A stretch of DNA of 64,000 nucleotides, taken from contig NZ_JBDUYN010000009.1 of assembly GCF_039944555.1 (NCBI RefSeq), positions 128,404-192,403 on the forward strand. Direction: 5' to 3'. The notes beneath the pieces are model-generated. The model worked only from the letters and a program-made list of their open reading frames with translations. It did no database searches and was not told the origin of the DNA. The position numbers and the translations under genes are program-made. The first letter of the stretch is position 1. Each line of letters opens with the position of its first letter. The stretch is from Reichenbachiella sp. (GTDB lineage: Bacteria; Bacteroidota; Bacteroidia; Cytophagales; Cyclobacteriaceae). Below, one piece after another: positions 20,352 through 30,177 of the stretch.

Positions 20352-23300
20352 TATTTAAAGAAAATGTTACCAATCTAGGCTGTGGCAGTGAAACACCTCC
20401 TGAGCTAAAAAACTCAGGGTCCTGACCATTTAAAGCATCATCTGAATAGATTAACCAAAGATTTTGTCCTTCTACACTCAGGTTTACATTGCTCAAGCCA
20501 ATTCTTTGCACGAATGGTGCAGGCAATTGATAAGACAATCTCACATTTTTCAATCTGATATAGTCTCCATTAGCCACTCTGATATCACTAAGATTATACA
20601 ATGAGTAGCTATCCAAATCCGTGCCCCCCGCGTCCACTAAGTTTCTATCCAGTATGGCTGGTACATTAGTGATATTTTCATCACCTGGAACTACCCATCG
20701 GTTCGCTAATTCTGCCGGTAAGGCATCGAAATCAGTATATCGTGCCTGTACAACATCATTTAGCCTTATTTTGTAATCAAATTTATATGACAGCAAGAAA
20801 CTAAAGGACAAGCCTTTCCAAGTCACTGTATTCGTTAAGCCACCACCACCGCGTGGTTCGGTCGATCCTTCGAATTTCAATGTCTCAGATAAATTCTCCC
20901 TTCTTTGCAAATCATATTGAAACACTACTTCATCATTTTCATTGTAGAATGTTGGAAGACCATTGCCGTTCAGCCCAGCGAATTTGGAGGAGTACAACCC
21001 TCTCCTGGGTCCTCCTACCACAGCTGCACCATTTTGCCCAAGGGCGTCTACCAGTCGGGGGCCAAAATCCAGCCTTGTGATTTTATCCTTGGTATAGCCC
21101 ACATTGAAATTTGTCGTCCATGAAAAATCACCTCTTGTAAGATTTATCGTATTCAGAGTAAATTCGAAGCCTTGTGATTCCATATCAGCGAAGTTTCCGG
21201 TCTTTACGCTTTGTCCTCCTACACCACTGGTGAGCACATCACCAATCAAATCAAAAGATTTCCTGCTATACCAATCAACAGATACATTTACTCTATTTTC
21301 AAGCAAGCTAACATCAGCCCCTATATTTAACTCCTTAAGTTTCTCCCAGGTCAATTCAGTGTTAGTCAAATCCTGAACAAACAATAAAGGCTCCTGATCT
21401 GTCGGGCGTACGGTTACATCCGCCTGGAGATTGAGCAATGCACTTGCATTTGGAGGAAGATTTCCAGAAATACCGTAGGTTGCTCTAAGCTTCAACTGAT
21501 CGATTAGACTTATGCTCTTCATAAAGTTCTCGCTATCTACATTCCAGGCACCACTCACATTCCAAGTAGGTAAGTATCTCGCACTTTGGCTTTCTCCAAG
21601 TTGATTTGAGCCATCATATCTCACTGTGAAATTGGCAATGTACTTACCCTTATATGAATAGCCACCATTCAAAAACACGCCAACAAAACGATCTCTCAGC
21701 TGATTTTGTGCGAAGATGTCGATGTTCTGAGAATTGAAAAATTCAATGATATTAGGGTCGGTCACGGCAATTCCCCCACTTTCGTAAAGTACGCCTAGTC
21801 CTGTGGTATTCTGTTCGCTTCGATTAGTAAATCGAATTTCCTGTCCTGCCAATACGTTTACCTGATGAATTTCATTGAAGGACTTCGACCATTCTGCGCT
21901 AACTCTACTAAAGAAATTAAGTAAATCGCTTCTATCCAAATAGTTGAATCCACCAATTGGTAGAACAACTACCGGGTTCAAACCCGGATTGTCTGGGTCT
22001 CTGTACAAAAGATTATTGGCATCTTGTATAAATTGTGTTCCATTAGCTCTATAAGCTTCTGCTTGATTCGATTTTTCATGAACCGTATGATCCCGTTGAG
22101 TAGAAGCATACCTCAACTGCATAACTCCCTTGAATGAAAGATTCTTGACTGGGTTCAATTCAAAATCAGTTTGTGCAGAAATGTCTGAGACCGTAATATC
22201 GATGAAGTTGTAATTCAACTCGTCCAGTATATTGAAGTCTGCGTAATTTCTTCTGAAATACTCGGGATCACCGTTAGAATCAAAGGGTCTGATAGATCGA
22301 CTCGTATTCAGTGCATAACTCAATGGATTGATATCAAAACTACGGCTATATTTCCCTGTAATAGGGTCGAATTCCCTGTTTCTGGTACCTGGTACTGTTT
22401 GATCTCTATAGCTGGCCGATAACTTCAACCCAAAAGTGAATTTTTCCGATAAGAAGTAAGTATTCCTTGAACTCGCTGTCAGGCGCTGTACTTTATCAGC
22501 AATCGTCTGTCCCTGATCATTCAAATAACTGATAGAATAGTAACTATTCGATTTATCCGTTCCAGATGTGAAACTCAACGAGTGCTGTTGCTGCAATCCA
22601 TAATCTCTAAACAAAACATCGAACCAATCCGTGTTTGCATTTTCATATTGATTGAGATATGATTCATTCAGCCCTCCACCTGCTCCCCAAGGAATTTCAT
22701 GATTTGCAATTTTGGTATACATTTTCCCAATAGCTCCAAAGTTTTGAGCACGTACAGAGGTAGTAATATCAATCAATCCCTTGCGATGCATCTCACGGTA
22801 AACAGACATTTCTTCCGCCGAGTTGAGCAGGCTAAATTGGCTGTATGTAGGTCGTAACTTAACTGAATAATTACCTGAATAATTTATTCGTAAAGCTCCA
22901 CTCTTTCCTCTTTTGGTAGTTACTACGATTACTCCATTGGCAGCCCGAGCACCATAAATGGCAGTGGCTGAAGCATCCTTCAGAATCTGAAATGATTCGA
23001 TATCGTCCGGATTGATGTTAGCAATAGATGAGCTAATCAGAGTATTCGCATTTCCTGAAATAAAGTCATCCGTATTTACATTTGCCAAATCTTCAAGGAT
23101 AACTCCATCTACCACAAACAGAGGTTGGTTGTTTCCGTTTATGGAAGCATTACCACGTATTCTTATTTTAGGAGAAGAGCCGAAAGTTCCTGATACGTTG
23201 TCAACATTTACACCTGCCACACGGCCTTCAAGCACTCGACTAACGTCAACAATACCCTCGGCATTAATGTCAGCCATTCTAAGGTTTTCCGAAGCTCCTG

Positions 23301-23670
23301 TAAATAGTTTGCGATCTACTTCCTGAAATCCATTGACCACCACTTCCTGTAGTGCCACCGATTCTTCAAGAAGTTTAACCTTAAATGGCTGATTTTTTTG
23401 AGTCACTTTCAAGCGCTGCTCCTGCATGCCCAGCATTCTAACAATGAGCACATCACCTTCATTGGCTTTCAATCGGAAGTTCCCATCCAGATCTGTAATA
23501 GAGCCAGTAGTCGTATTCTCAATGACCACGGAAACTCCTATCATTGCCTCACCCTTAGCATCCACGACCTGCCCAGAAATATCAAGTGTTTGGGCAAGCA
23601 TCTGACCATTCAAGAAGAACAGAAAAATCAAACTAAAAATGTGGACAAAATATCTCCTTGTAGCCATCAA
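20341..23670 (-). CDS. SusC/RagA TonB-dependent outer membrane transporter
   Basis: N-terminal carboxypeptidase-regulatory-like domain, NNQPLFVVDG, LKDASATAIYGARAANGVIVVTTKRG, C-terminal P.PR.VTFSLNIGI. Confidence 0.96.
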   Translation of the reverse strand: MMATRRYFVHIFSLIFLFFLNGQMLAQTLDISGQVVDAKGEAMIGVSVVIENTTTGSITDLDGNFRLKANEGDVLIVRMLGMQEQRLKVTQKNQPFKVKLLEESVALQEVVVNGFQEVDRKLFTGASENLRMADINAEGIVDVSRVLEGRVAGVNVDNVSGTFGSSPKIRIRGNASINGNNQPLFVVDGVILEDLANVNTDDFISGNANTLISSSIANINPDDIESFQILKDASATAIYGARAANGVIVVTTKRGKSGALRINYSGNYSVKLRPTYSQFSLLNSAEEMSVYREMHRKGLIDITTSVRAQNFGAIGKMYTKIANHEIPWGAGGGLNESYLNQYENANTDWFDVLFRDYGLQQQHSLSFTSGTDKSNSYYSISYLNDQGQTIADKVQRLTASSRNTYFLSEKFTFGLKLSASYRDQTVPGTRNREFDPITGKYSRSFDINPLSYALNTSRSIRPFDSNGDPEYFRRNYADFNILDELNYNFIDITVSDISAQTDFELNPVKNLSFKGVMQLRYASTQRDHTVHEKSNQAEAYRANGTQFIQDANNLLYRDPDNPGLNPVVVLPIGGFNYLDRSDLLNFFSRVSAEWSKSFNEIHQVNVLAGQEIRFTNRSEQNTTGLGVLYESGGIAVTDPNIIEFFNSQNIDIFAQNQLRDRFVGVFLNGGYSYKGKYIANFTVRYDGSNQLGESQSARYLPTWNVSGAWNVDSENFMKSISLIDQLKLRATYGISGNLPPNASALLNLQADVTVRPTDQEPLLFVQDLTNTELTWEKLKELNIGADVSLLENRVNVSVDWYSRKSFDLIGDVLTSGVGGQSVKTGNFADMESQGFEFTLNTINLTRGDFSWTTNFNVGYTKDKITRLDFGPRLVDALGQNGAAVVGGPRRGLYSSKFAGLNGNGLPTFYNENDEVVFQYDLQRRENLSETLKFEGSTEPRGGGGLTNTVTWKGLSFSFLLSYKFDYKIRLNDVVQARYTDFDALPAELANRWVVPGDENITNVPAILDRNLVDAGGTDLDSYSLYNLSDIRVANGDYIRLKNVRLSYQLPAPFVQRIGLSNVNLSVEGQNLWLIYSDDALNGQDPEFFSSGGVSLPQPRLVTFSLNIGI

Positions 23671-23708
23671 TGCAACAGTTAATTAAAGGAATAAATGAAA
23701 CTCTTCGT

Positions 23709-24308
23709 TTACTCTGACTTTATAAAAGTATAAACCAAATTGAATGTTGGCGTGTCAAAATAGCTATTTAAGAGATCAATATCAGCTTGGTCTGTAGAGT
23801 TTGCTAAGGCGTTCAGGTGAGCATTTGCACCATCAACATCTCCATGATCCGTAATTAATTGTTCTCTGGTAGCATCAGACATAAAAAAATCAACTCCACC
23901 ATTAGGGTCAATACCTTCACTATACCACAATTGATTAGACTGATTTCTTATTAATCCAAATTCGGTAGAAGTTTCATCTTCCGTGCCCGCATTTGTAGTA
24001 AAAATCAGTTTATCTTCTGTCAGCTCCCAAGTGCCTTCTATCGTTCCAGTTGGCGAATTGGGTCTCTTAATACTGGTAAGAAATGTTTTATCCTGATTAA
24101 GAACAATACTATAACTCTCAAACCCATAATAACCAATTGTTCGTACAATACCTTCTGCATTTGAATAGGTAGACGGAAGGTCGGTTACTACAAAGTTTTC
24201 CAATGTCCAGGTTCCCATCTCGTGTGTAGGTTCCGGATCATCACTACTACAAGAAGCAACAAAAATTAATGAGAGGGCAAATAATGTGGCGTGTAAAAAA
24301 TTTTTCAT
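23709..24308 (-). CDS. Lipoprotein, lipocalin-like
   Basis: Lipobox VASC followed by SSDDPEP; GTWTL and GTWEL motifs; directly upstream of SusC. Confidence 0.7.
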   Translation of the reverse strand: MKNFLHATLFALSLIFVASCSSDDPEPTHEMGTWTLENFVVTDLPSTYSNAEGIVRTIGYYGFESYSIVLNQDKTFLTSIKRPNSPTGTIEGTWELTEDKLIFTTNAGTEDETSTEFGLIRNQSNQLWYSEGIDPNGGVDFFMSDATREQLITDHGDVDGANAHLNALANSTDQADIDLLNSYFDTPTFNLVYTFIKSE

Positions 24309-24967
24309 ATGTCGTTTTTTTTGTACGGTCCCAAATGGAACATTTTATTCATTAATTGTAATACATCAAAACTCCCTTAATACAATGAATAAACGCTTCA
24401 TTTGATTTTGTTTTGGTTGAAGTTTTTGAAGCTTTTAAATATATCAACTTAAAAGGCAAAGACCCTTGTTTTAAAAATAAAATTTTGCCAGGTCCTAATA
24501 AACAATCTAATAATTACGCAAGCATGCATTCATCTATCCAAATAACGAATAATCTATAGAAAGAGTCTTAATACGCAATTCAGAACACATACTAAGTAAA
24601 CAAAAAAAAGTCAGAATTGGTTTGGGTTCGAACAATTACACAATTGTTGACGTAAAGAATCGACCTAAAACTTGGGAGTTTTCTTCATATGAATACCGCA
24701 TCACTTTTCAAAGAGCCTCTTGAACCATCTGCTGACAAGATTCTCCAGAAAACTACGCGATGACATTTATATAAAGGGATATTATTCAATAGTGCACCTT
24801 TGTTGACTTGTGGCTTGTCACAATTATGTGAAATCTATCACATATAATAGATTCGACTTCTAGCCTCAAAAATGCCTTTGCTTGCTTCAAAACCAGCGAT
24901 ACGGATGACCATGTAAAATCACTATATTTCCTCTTAATTTACGCTTGCATTAATTAAAACCAAACAG

Positions 24968-27802
24968 TTGAAAAAAGAGCCCCACTTCCTCCAATCTCTG
25001 GCACAAAGGTGTCAAAATCAATTTGGCCATCAATGTGAACAACTGACGGTAATTTTTCCAAACAAAAGAGCTGGAGTTTATTTTCTCGATTATTTGGCAC
25101 AATTGTATGATCAACCCATCTGGTCTCCTTCTATCATGAGTTTTGAAGAATTTGTTGAAGGTCAACAGTCTAAGAACTTCGCTGATGACTTACAGATGAT
25201 TTTTCTTCTATACAAAGCTTATAAGCAGATTGTAAAAAAACCGGAAAATTTTGATGCTTTTTTCCCCTGGGGTGAGATGATATTGAAGGACTACAACGAT
25301 ATCGACAATTACCTGGTGGACGTAGCGCACATTTTTCGAGTGGTAAAATCTCAAAAGGAACTGGACGAAGCCTTTCAGCATCTGTCAGAGAGAGATCAAC
25401 AAACTATTCAAAGTTTTTGGAAGGGTTTCCTTCCAACTCCTAATAAAAAGCAGAACGAATTTATTGCGACCTGGTCCATTTTGACTAAGCTATATGAAAG
25501 GTTCAATCAGTTGCTATCAGAAAGCGGACTCATCTATAAAGGGCGTATGTTTCGTGAATATGTCGACCAGATCGCACCCCTTGAAAATACCAAAACACTT
25601 TGGTTTGCAGGATTCAATGCACTGACCAAGGCCGAGGAAAAAATCATTAAGGTTCATTTGGAACATGGGAATGCGGACATCTTTTGGGACGTAAATGCAT
25701 ACTATTTCGAAGATGAGAATCAAGAGTCAGGCACATTTTTCAGGGAATATGCACAATATCCAGCATTCAAAGATTCAATCCTGCGTGATTTAAGACCTGC
25801 TTCCGATCTTTCCAACGTCAACATTGAAGTTTTATCTGCTCCATTCAGCATGGGACAAATAAAGGGTGCCTCTCAAAAGCTGGAAAATCTGGAAATCACT
25901 CAAGCGGAACAGGCTCAACTTCTCATTATTTTAACAGACGAATCCTTGCTCCAAGGTGTCCTGCATGCATTGCCGGAACAATTTGAACAAACCAATGTAA
26001 CCATGGGGTGGTCGGCATCTCAATCCAGAATTTACATTTTTCTGATCAAAATAATAGCGCTACACGATAAATATCAGAATAGTCAACTTTCCAAGATTCA
26101 TCACAATGAAGTTATTGACTTACTTGAATATAAGGATCTTCTGGGAATAGCATCACAAGATGTAATCGCATTCAATACCTATGCCATTGAAAACAACACT
26201 GTATATCATTCGATAAGTGATGTAAAAACAAAGTTTCCAACGTTGGCCATTATCCTGGAAACTGCAAAAGATGCCAGTGGACTCATCAATCACTTGATAT
26301 CCTTTGCGGCCCAACTGGATTCACAATTACTTGGAGATATCGACCAATCTGTGTTGGTACTGATTCATGGAACTTTAAAGAGAATAGAGGCTGCCATTAA
26401 TCAACATGCCGTACAGCTGAACTTCAATTCGTTCTATAAACTTTTCATAAAGCTGGGATCAACTTTAAAGCTTTCGTTATCCGGAGATCCAAAACAAGGG
26501 ATACAGGTGATGGGTATATTAGAGACAAGAAACTTGTCATTCAAGCATGTGCTGATCCTGGGCATGAACGAAGGTCAATGGCCCAAGGACAGTTCCAACA
26601 CTTCTTTTATCCCTTATAATATCAGGAAGGCGTTCGATCTCCCAACTATAGAACATCAGGATGCCATGCAATCCTATTTATTCTATCGATTGCTGCATAG
26701 CGCAGAAAATTTGTGGGTTTCATATAACAACATTTCCGAGTTCAATCACAATGGAGAACCTAGTAGATACATTCGACAGTTACAATACGAATCTAATCTT
26801 GTGTTCAAGGAGTTAAATTTGGTCAGTCCAATTACAGCAGAACCGGAACCGACTATTACCATCGAGAAAAATAGAAACGTTACGGAACTACTGAATGATT
26901 TTCTGGTAAAAAAGGATGAACCATTCAAAAGACTCTCTCCGTCGGCACTCAATACTTACATCGATTGTAAACTCAAGTTCTATTTTCAACATATCGAAAA
27001 AATACGAGAGCCTGATGAATTACTCGAAGACATGGACCCTTCCCTATTTGGTAATTTATTACATGGTGCCATGGAGCAGTTGTATAAGGGAAAGAACTTT
27101 TGGCCCCCCGAAGACATCGAGGCCATATATATGCAATTAGATGAGGCTATTAGACAATCTTTTGCAGATCAAAAACTTGGTGGAGAAAATGAGCAAACCG
27201 GTCGGCAATTAATCGCTTTTGAAGTGATTAAGGAGTATATGCAGCGTATTTTGTCCTTCGACAAAAGAAATGCCCCCTTTCGTATATTGGGCCTGGAAGC
27301 CACGGATTACCTTGTAGATTTTCCCATTGAACTGCATGGAGGAAGTGCTAAAGTTGGATTAAAAGGAATCATCGATCGAATAGACGAATATGGCGAAAGC
27401 ATCCGTGTACTCGACTATAAATCAGGAAGAGACGACCGCAATTTTGGATCGATGTTCGATTTGATAGATGGTAATTCTAACAAGAGAAACAAGGCTGTTT
27501 TTCAGCTGTTTTATTACTGCTTATTGTATAAGGAAAATCATCAGGATTCGAATCGGAACATTCAGCCCGGGTTGTTCAATAGTAAGGATTTATTTGATAA
27601 TCAGTTCGATACATTACTGACTCAAACGGTGGAAAGAAAGAAAAGGCAGGTATTGAACTATACTGATTTCGAAGAAGAATTTAAGGAAGTGATGCTGCAC
27701 CTACTTACGGATATATTCAACCCGGAGGTTCCATTCAGTCAGACTGATGATGAAAAAAAATGCTCATATTGTACTTATCGGCAAATTTGTCGAAGAGGTT
27801 AA
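24968..27802 (+). CDS. AddB-like inactivated helicase with C-terminal PD-(D/E)xK nuclease
   Basis: VIFPNKRAG, QVMGILETRNL, LSPSALNTYIDC.LKFYF, LKGIIDRID..VLDYKSG, CSYCTYRQIC; TTG start. Confidence 0.85.
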   Translation: MKKEPHFLQSLAQRCQNQFGHQCEQLTVIFPNKRAGVYFLDYLAQLYDQPIWSPSIMSFEEFVEGQQSKNFADDLQMIFLLYKAYKQIVKKPENFDAFFPWGEMILKDYNDIDNYLVDVAHIFRVVKSQKELDEAFQHLSERDQQTIQSFWKGFLPTPNKKQNEFIATWSILTKLYERFNQLLSESGLIYKGRMFREYVDQIAPLENTKTLWFAGFNALTKAEEKIIKVHLEHGNADIFWDVNAYYFEDENQESGTFFREYAQYPAFKDSILRDLRPASDLSNVNIEVLSAPFSMGQIKGASQKLENLEITQAEQAQLLIILTDESLLQGVLHALPEQFEQTNVTMGWSASQSRIYIFLIKIIALHDKYQNSQLSKIHHNEVIDLLEYKDLLGIASQDVIAFNTYAIENNTVYHSISDVKTKFPTLAIILETAKDASGLINHLISFAAQLDSQLLGDIDQSVLVLIHGTLKRIEAAINQHAVQLNFNSFYKLFIKLGSTLKLSLSGDPKQGIQVMGILETRNLSFKHVLILGMNEGQWPKDSSNTSFIPYNIRKAFDLPTIEHQDAMQSYLFYRLLHSAENLWVSYNNISEFNHNGEPSRYIRQLQYESNLVFKELNLVSPITAEPEPTITIEKNRNVTELLNDFLVKKDEPFKRLSPSALNTYIDCKLKFYFQHIEKIREPDELLEDMDPSLFGNLLHGAMEQLYKGKNFWPPEDIEAIYMQLDEAIRQSFADQKLGGENEQTGRQLIAFEVIKEYMQRILSFDKRNAPFRILGLEATDYLVDFPIELHGGSAKVGLKGIIDRIDEYGESIRVLDYKSGRDDRNFGSMFDLIDGNSNKRNKAVFQLFYYCLLYKENHQDSNRNIQPGLFNSKDLFDNQFDTLLTQTVERKKRQVLNYTDFEEEFKEVMLHLLTDIFNPEVPFSQTDDEKKCSYCTYRQICRRG

Positions 27803-27907
27803 TACGTGAACACCGTTTTGGAAGGTCCCTCAAGTCTTTGAATATGCAAAGCCGCTAAGCTCATTTACGATTTATTTACTACATTTCAACAACCAAAAAA
27901 CTAAACT

Positions 27908-28447
27908 ATGATGAAGAAAATTATTATTGGAGTAGTGCTGGCCATTGTCGCATACTTCGCGTACGGCGTACTAACGACACGATCGCATAGTCCCCTGGAT
28001 ACTGCTGAAACCAGTATTGGAGACTTGTCAGTCAAAGTGGTCTATTGCCAGCCGTATAAAAAAGGACGTTTGATATTTGGAGATGAGGCTGATGAGGCGT
28101 TGGTGCCATATGGAAAGTACTGGAGGCTTGGCGCAAACGAAGCAACTGAGATTACATTCAGCAAAGACATCAATTTCGCAGGAAATCCTGTGGCAGCCGG
28201 TAGTTATCGCATGTATGCAGTACCAAACGTAGATTCATGGGAAGTATCTCTAAACAGCCAATTAGGTGAATTTGGCTATTTTGAACCCGATTATAGCTTA
28301 GATGTGCTGAAAGCTAATGTACCGGTACAAAGTGCTGCTGGGGAATTAGAGCAATTCACTATTCAGTTTGCCAATGACTCCATTGGAACACAAATGAACA
28401 TGATGTGGGATAAAACGCTAGTCAGTGTTTCGATTGCTGAGCAATAA
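27908..28447 (+). CDS. DUF2911 family protein
   Basis: SHSP..TA, VVYCQPYKKGR.IFG..LVPYGKYWRLGANEAT. Confidence 0.88.
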   Translation: MMKKIIIGVVLAIVAYFAYGVLTTRSHSPLDTAETSIGDLSVKVVYCQPYKKGRLIFGDEADEALVPYGKYWRLGANEATEITFSKDINFAGNPVAAGSYRMYAVPNVDSWEVSLNSQLGEFGYFEPDYSLDVLKANVPVQSAAGELEQFTIQFANDSIGTQMNMMWDKTLVSVSIAEQ

Positions 28448-28464
28448 GCTACTGGGATTGACAT

Positions 28465-28502
28465 AAAAAAATCCCGCACTATCGTGCGGGATTCAATTTT
28501 TT
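28465..28502. terminator. Bidirectional Rho-independent terminator
   Basis: AATCCCGCAC-TATC-GTGCGGGATT perfect 10 bp stem with an A-run on the left and a T-run on the right, between convergent DUF2911 and trxA. Confidence 0.85.
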
Positions 28503-28521
28503 CAAAACTTATATGTCTTGC

Positions 28522-28845
28522 TTAAGCCAGTTGCGCATCTAGTTTGCCCGCAAGGACGCCCTTAGGTACTGCTCCTACTTGCTTATCTACTACTTCGCCG
28601 TTTTTGAATACAAGCAAAGTTGGAATGCTTCTTACTCCAAATTTTGCAGACACTTCAGGATTAGAATCTACATCTACTTTCCCTATTACTGCTTTGCCTT
28701 CGTAATCTCCTGCAAGCTCCTCCACTACAGGTCCAATCATCTTACAAGGTCCACACCATTCTGCCCAAAAATCTACTAATACCGGCTGATCTGTTGATAA
28801 TACCTCGTCGAAGTTGCTGTCTGTAATTTCTACTGCTTTGTTCAT
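28522..28845 (-). CDS. trxA: Thioredoxin
   Basis: [27 protein letters not shown]. Confidence 0.97.
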   Translation of the reverse strand: MNKAVEITDSNFDEVLSTDQPVLVDFWAEWCGPCKMIGPVVEELAGDYEGKAVIGKVDVDSNPEVSAKFGVRSIPTLLVFKNGEVVDKQVGAVPKGVLAGKLDAQLA

Positions 28846-28885
28846 GTCTATAATTATTTTAATATTCTTGTTGCATCCAAAGACG

Positions 28886-28893
28886 CAAATATA
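28886..28893 (-). promoter_or_regulatory. Bacteroidota -7 box upstream of trxA
   Basis: Minus strand TATATTTG(C), 40 nt upstream of the ATG; no clear -33 TTTG seen. Confidence 0.45.
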
Positions 28894-28964
28894 GTAGAAA
28901 ATGTTGATGCCTACAGATTGATTTTAACGATGAAGGCATAAAGAAAAACTATCTCCCCATGGCA

Positions 28965-29546
28965 TTACTTGAGCAGAACTCCATTCTCGTATTGGTACTC
29001 CAGCGTAACATTCCCTTCCTGATCATACCACTTGGCTTCACCATGCATTTTGCCATTTTGCCAGGTACTCTCTTCCATGATTTTACCATTGTCGTAGTAT
29101 TTCGATTTTTTCCCTTCTAGTTGTCCCTGATAATAATTTTTCCGTTCTACAATTTTACCATTACCGTAATAGATAAATTCTCCGTCCTCAGTTCCGTTGA
29201 CATAATGGGCCTTTAGCGTAAGATTGCCTTTATCATCCATCTCCAAATGCGTACCATGCTGAGTCCCACTCACATAGGTAGATATTGACTTCACTAATTC
29301 ATTCGGGTGATAGGTTGTCCATGTCCCATTTCTAAAGCCATTTAAATAGTCACCTTCCTGCTCAATTTTGTCACTGAATAATACGGTTGCTTTGACAAGG
29401 CCTGGCATATAATCAAACTCCGACTTTTCTGCGTAGTCAGGCAGTTTGTCCAGATGCTCCTGGCCTCCACTAGAGACAACTCCGCTCCCAGAACTACAAG
29501 CGCTTAGCACAACCATTACCAAAAAAATAGAAAGACTGTTTTTCAT
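28965..29546 (-). CDS. Lipoprotein with MORN-variant repeats (YwqK-like)
   Basis: Lipobox LSAC; repeated G...G.W..Y..NG units. Confidence 0.8.
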   Translation of the reverse strand: MKNSLSIFLVMVVLSACSSGSGVVSSGGQEHLDKLPDYAEKSEFDYMPGLVKATVLFSDKIEQEGDYLNGFRNGTWTTYHPNELVKSISTYVSGTQHGTHLEMDDKGNLTLKAHYVNGTEDGEFIYYGNGKIVERKNYYQGQLEGKKSKYYDNGKIMEESTWQNGKMHGEAKWYDQEGNVTLEYQYENGVLLK

Positions 29547-29586
29547 TTTTTAAAGATTTTGATTCAAATGTTCAAATGTAAAATGA

Positions 29587-30177
29587 TTATTTAAAATTTT
29601 CCATTACCAGTTCCCAATCTTTAAGTGTGTCGACATCTATTAACTCTGGCAACAGTACATAGTCTGCGTTCATTAATTTTATTTTTTCAATGGTTTGGTT
29701 CAAAACGGCAGAAGTGCTCCATTCGACATCCTCGAACAGCTGTGGATGATGGTCTTTCATCCCTAACAAATAGTATCCTCCATCATTGGCCGGACCCAGG
29801 ACAAAATCCTTTGAATCCAGGGCATTAAAAGCCTGATCAATCACTTCGGAAGTAAGCTCTGCACAATCTGTACCTATAATACATACCTTTCTGTAGGCAA
29901 CAAGTTCTTCCTGAAAGGCTGCGGCCATTTTAGCCCCCAGGTCCCCGGAATGCTGTTTCTTCTTTTGGGCGTTGACCCAAATGTCTTTCTTTGTGATTTC
30001 CGATGAATAGTAGACCTTGCTGTCAGCGTTAGCTTTGGACGACTCTTTTTGAGTAAAGTCCAGCAACTTTTTGTAGATCCGTAAGGCCTCATCATCACCC
30101 ACGTTCTTTGCCAAACGCGTCTTTACTTTACCCAATTCCGGGTTTTTCACAAAAATGATAAGTGCGTGATCAGACAT
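29587..30177 (-). CDS. TIGR04282/DUF2064 family transferase
   Basis: IFVKNPELGKVKTRLA, GDLGAKM, IIGTDC, VLGPANDGGYYLLG, DVDTLKD. Confidence 0.88.
   Translation of the reverse strand: MSDHALIIFVKNPELGKVKTRLAKNVGDDEALRIYKKLLDFTQKESSKANADSKVYYSSEITKKDIWVNAQKKKQHSGDLGAKMAAAFQEELVAYRKVCIIGTDCAELTSEVIDQAFNALDSKDFVLGPANDGGYYLLGMKDHHPQLFEDVEWSTSAVLNQTIEKIKLMNADYVLLPELIDVDTLKDWELVMENFK

Noticed and set aside
24309-24967. 660 bp gap as a possible ncRNA
   Set aside because: AT-rich with only short imperfect palindromes; consistent with divergent promoters.
28965-29546. YwqK-like protein as the antitoxin of a toxin-antitoxin pair
   Set aside because: It is a MORN-variant lipoprotein with no adjacent toxin, and the family name alone is not evidence.
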